Assembly (NCBI GenBank): GCA_040876265.1 | Contig: JBBDPN010000001.1 | Span: 1 to 51,690 of the forward strand | DNA from: Candidatus Woykebacteria bacterium | GTDB lineage: Bacteria > Patescibacteriota > Microgenomatia > Woykebacterales > RBG-16-39-9b | Direction: 5' to 3' | DNA: 51,690 nt | Part shown: positions 48,898 to 51,690 of the stretch, piece after piece | How the letters are laid out: the number at the start of each line of letters is the position of its first letter | How positions within the stretch are numbered: the stretch's first letter is position 1 | Program-made: the position numbers and the translations under genes | Notes under the pieces: model-generated | The model's input: the letters and a program-made list of their open reading frames with translations, nothing else | Told to the model about the DNA's origin: nothing | Database searches by the model: none

Positions 48898-50793
48898 ATG
48901 AAAAATAAATTAATCAAAAGCTTCGGCTTTGTCTTTGGTGAAAACTTGCAACTTTCTAGAAGGAGGAAAAACATTGCCAGCTCGGCGGAGATAGAGAAGG
49001 CAGAAAGTTGGTCTGAAAGCCACAAACCAAAGCTAAATCAAGGACCGCTTCCGTCGCCTTGGAGACTGGTTCCAGTTTACTTTATCTTTAGTGCTTTTTT
49101 GGTGTTTTTGTTGGCAAGGGCCTTTGATTTACAGGTGATCCAGGGGGACATCTTTCTAGGACAGGCCCAAGGTAATTATGCTCGCCTAGAAGCTAATCAC
49201 GCACCCAGAGGGGTTGTTTTTGACCGCAGTGGCGTTATTTTAGCCCAAAACAAGCCAGGGTTTCGTTTATTTGCCGAACCTAAAGTGATCCCTAGCGATA
49301 AGAAAAAGGATATATTGGGTTCCCTGGCCGAAACCCTAGAGGTCCAGGAAAGCGAGCTTTCCAAAAAATTAAATCAAGCTAGTGGAGATCAAGTTACTTT
49401 GAGCAACCAAATAACAAGTGATCAGGCACTAGAAATAGAGACCAAATCAGATAACTGGCCTGGGGTTGGTTTGGAGGTAAACCCAATTCGTTACTACCCG
49501 TACAAAAATACTATTTCTCATGTAGTTGGTTATACTACCGAAGCTGATAAATCAGATCTGGCTAGAAGAGGCTTGGAGCCTCCGTACGTTTTGGGGGATA
49601 AGGTGGGGAGAGCTGGGGTCGAAAGTTTCTTTGAAGACACGCTGCGAGGTACAAACGGGTATACCCTCACTACTGTAGCGGCATCTGGTGAAAAAACCGG
49701 GGAGATCTTTCGTAGTCCCGCAAAAGCCGGTAAAAATATTACTTTGAGTGTCGATATCAAGCTGCAGGAATTTATCTACAAACTACTTGAAAAGAAAATA
49801 AGGTCGATTGGTGCAAAGGCGGCTTCGGCAGTGGCTATGGACCCCAGCACGGGAGAGATTTTAGCACTTGTGTCCATCCCCTCATTTAATAATAATTTAT
49901 TTTCGAGGAGGCTTACCAGCGAAAGGTACGAGCAGTTAATTAGCAATCCGAATAAATTATTGCTAAATAGAGCTGTGGCAGCAGCTTACCCGCCCGGATC
50001 TACTTTTAAGATGGTTACTGCCGCGGCCGGCCTTGAAACAGGTACTATTACCGCTCAAACCAAGATAAAGGATCCAGGTTTTATAACTTTGGGTGGGAGA
50101 GTATTTACAAATTGGTTGTGGACTGATCAAGGAAGAACTGAAGGATCGATTAATGTTGTACGAGCCATAGCTAGAAGCACGGATACTTTCTTTTACAGTA
50201 TTGGTCAGATGATGGGGGAGGGAAACATTCAAAAGTACGCTAAAATTTTTGGTTTAGGGTCAACGACTGGTGCCCAATTACCTGAAGAAATAGCTGGTCT
50301 TGTACCGACAGAGGAATGGAAATTAGCGACAAAAGGCGAACCTTGGTATCCGGGGGAAACCCTAAACATTAGTATTGGTCAAGGAGATCTTTTAACCACA
50401 CCGTTACAAATTAGCATAGTAACTGGTGTATTTGCTAATGGCGGTAAATTAGTTGTCCCAACGCTATTAAAAACCAATCAAGCTAAAGTGCAGAAAAGTA
50501 ATTTTCTAAGTAAAAAAACAATTGACGTGGTGAGAGAGGGTTTATATCAAGACACAATCGGCGATGGCAATGTGGGTTGGTTGTTTGGTGATTTTAAAAT
50601 CAAAACCGCTGGTAAAACTGGTACTGCCGAGGCCGGGGAAAAAGGACCTCACGCTTGGTACACCGCTTACGCTCCACATCCTGAGGCAAAAATTGTCGTT
50701 ACCGTAATGATCGAACACGCTGGCCACGGAAGCGAAGAAGCAGCACCGTTAGTAAAGGAAATTTTTGATTGGTGGTTTTCCCATAAAAATTGA
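48898..50793 (+). CDS. mrdA: Penicillin-binding protein 2
   Basis: YPPGSTFK (SxxK), STD (SxD), GKTGT. Confidence 0.95.
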   Translation: MKNKLIKSFGFVFGENLQLSRRRKNIASSAEIEKAESWSESHKPKLNQGPLPSPWRLVPVYFIFSAFLVFLLARAFDLQVIQGDIFLGQAQGNYARLEANHAPRGVVFDRSGVILAQNKPGFRLFAEPKVIPSDKKKDILGSLAETLEVQESELSKKLNQASGDQVTLSNQITSDQALEIETKSDNWPGVGLEVNPIRYYPYKNTISHVVGYTTEADKSDLARRGLEPPYVLGDKVGRAGVESFFEDTLRGTNGYTLTTVAASGEKTGEIFRSPAKAGKNITLSVDIKLQEFIYKLLEKKIRSIGAKAASAVAMDPSTGEILALVSIPSFNNNLFSRRLTSERYEQLISNPNKLLLNRAVAAAYPPGSTFKMVTAAAGLETGTITAQTKIKDPGFITLGGRVFTNWLWTDQGRTEGSINVVRAIARSTDTFFYSIGQMMGEGNIQKYAKIFGLGSTTGAQLPEEIAGLVPTEEWKLATKGEPWYPGETLNISIGQGDLLTTPLQISIVTGVFANGGKLVVPTLLKTNQAKVQKSNFLSKKTIDVVREGLYQDTIGDGNVGWLFGDFKIKTAGKTGTAEAGEKGPHAWYTAYAPHPEAKIVVTVMIEHAGHGSEEAAPLVKEIFDWWFSHKN

Positions 50794-50833
50794 CAAAGCT
50801 CCTCAAATAGGCGCAAAATTAAACTACCTACCC

Positions 50834-51244
50834 ATGGAATCTATAAAGCTTGCTGTAAGGCGTATCCGTACACCCATAACCCTCTTTTTAACTGCAGTTA
50901 TTGTTCTGGTAGCCTCTATTTACCTGCATAGTAGTACTTCCTCGAGTATTGCCCAACCACGTTTTATTAAAGCTCCGGCAGCGAATGCATCTGGGGTTCC
51001 AATTTCTATAACGAAAAATGGTTTTTCGCCGGCTGATGTCGTGATAAACCAGAGACAAGTTGTGACTTGGACAAATAAGGAAGAAAGGTCATACCAGCTG
51101 GCCAGCCCGGACCTTAAGGGTTTTGGAGGTACTAGCCTAAGCAAAGAGGCCTCTTACAGCTTTAAGTTCGAACAGAAAGGAACTTTTTCTTATCACGATG
51201 AGCTCAACTCCTCGAAATTTAAAGGTACTATTGTTGTGAAATGA
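50834..51244 (+). CDS. Membrane-anchored cupredoxin-fold-like protein
   Basis: TM then GFSPADVVI...VTWTN...FKFEQKGTFSYHD...KGTIVV; no Cys; ATG 50834 preferred. Confidence 0.7.
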   Translation: MESIKLAVRRIRTPITLFLTAVIVLVASIYLHSSTSSSIAQPRFIKAPAANASGVPISITKNGFSPADVVINQRQVVTWTNKEERSYQLASPDLKGFGGTSLSKEASYSFKFEQKGTFSYHDELNSSKFKGTIVVK

Positions 51245-51690
51245 AAAGAGTCAAGATGAGAGCCCTTGATTTACTGAAACAATACCGCAAAAGTATAAAT
51301 CCCCCGTATAGACGCCGCGATCTTTCATCTATCATTGGGACGATATTTATTTTGATCGCTATCCCCGCCACAGTATTATTGATCATTCAAGGAGTTCGAT
51401 TACTCACCAGAGCCGCCGGCGAAACAAATATTTGGCTTGAGGCGGAAAGCGGTAATTTGACTGCGCCAATGACGGCTGTTAGTGACTCTACCGCTTCGGG
51501 CGGGAAGTACATTACAACAACTGTCACCAACACAGCGTTTGAAGGGGACAAAGTAGCCCAAGTGGGGCAGGTCTTGCAAGCTCAGAGCTGGGATTTTGTC
51601 GAGGGTTTTGATATAGACCCAGCCAGTCCTCAGAGCGCTTACTTTTATCCAAACTGGGATTTTGCAGTTCATACAAGGGATGAATACGCT
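51241..51690 (+). CDS. Surface protein, 5' part (partial; not in ORF track)
   Basis: ATGA overlap with the previous stop; open to the edge; MKRVKMRALDLLKQYRKSINPPYRRRDL, TM, then CBM6/35-like WLEAESG...DSTASGGKYI. Confidence 0.85.
   Translation, partial: MKRVKMRALDLLKQYRKSINPPYRRRDLSSIIGTIFILIAIPATVLLIIQGVRLLTRAAGETNIWLEAESGNLTAPMTAVSDSTASGGKYITTTVTNTAFEGDKVAQVGQVLQAQSWDFVEGFDIDPASPQSAYFYPNWDFAVHTRDEYA

Noticed and set aside
48898-50793. SxN motif replaced by STD in the PBP
   Set aside because: SxD is normal for PBP2/MrdA-class enzymes.

Overview
51.7 kb of a small bacterial genome using the standard genetic code. The gene content resembles Patescibacteria/CPR of Microgenomates type (inference, no search run). 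From left to right: (1) a giant minus-strand gene of at least 1762 codons that runs off the left edge and is missing from the ORF track; it encodes an N-terminal MerR-like HTH, one membrane helix and a long phage-tail-fibre-like repeat region. (2) Divergent from it, an F-type ATPase cluster with b, delta, alpha, gamma, beta and epsilon but no subunit a and no canonical subunit c. Its first gene encodes a signal peptide, a small beta-rich domain and a subunit-c-like hairpin that lacks the ion-binding carboxylate. This locus is the best candidate for an undescribed system: an F1 motor that may be uncoupled from ion flow. (3) Housekeeping and envelope genes: leuS, comEA/comEC, argS, M16 peptidase, ndk, type IV pilin, sortase, PEGA protein, mreB, two glycosyltransferases. 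(4) Cohesin- and dockerin-bearing surface proteins sharing an N-terminal motif. (5) The tRNA-rpmG-secE-nusG-rplKAJL cluster, with a duplicated rpmG 3' half and an L7/L12 carrying a long acidic extension. (6) A candidate 6S-like RNA, rpmB, a def-fmt fusion and an O-antigen-ligase-like gene. (7) A GC-richer cluster of small genes and two alpha/beta hydrolases behind a long structured leader. (8) mreB-mreC-mreD-like-mrdA and a third surface protein cut by the right edge. Six tRNA genes. I found no rRNA, CRISPR array, integrase or transposase. Many intergenic regions carry 7-nt-period repeats or short GC-rich palindromes. All family assignments come from motif recognition by eye.
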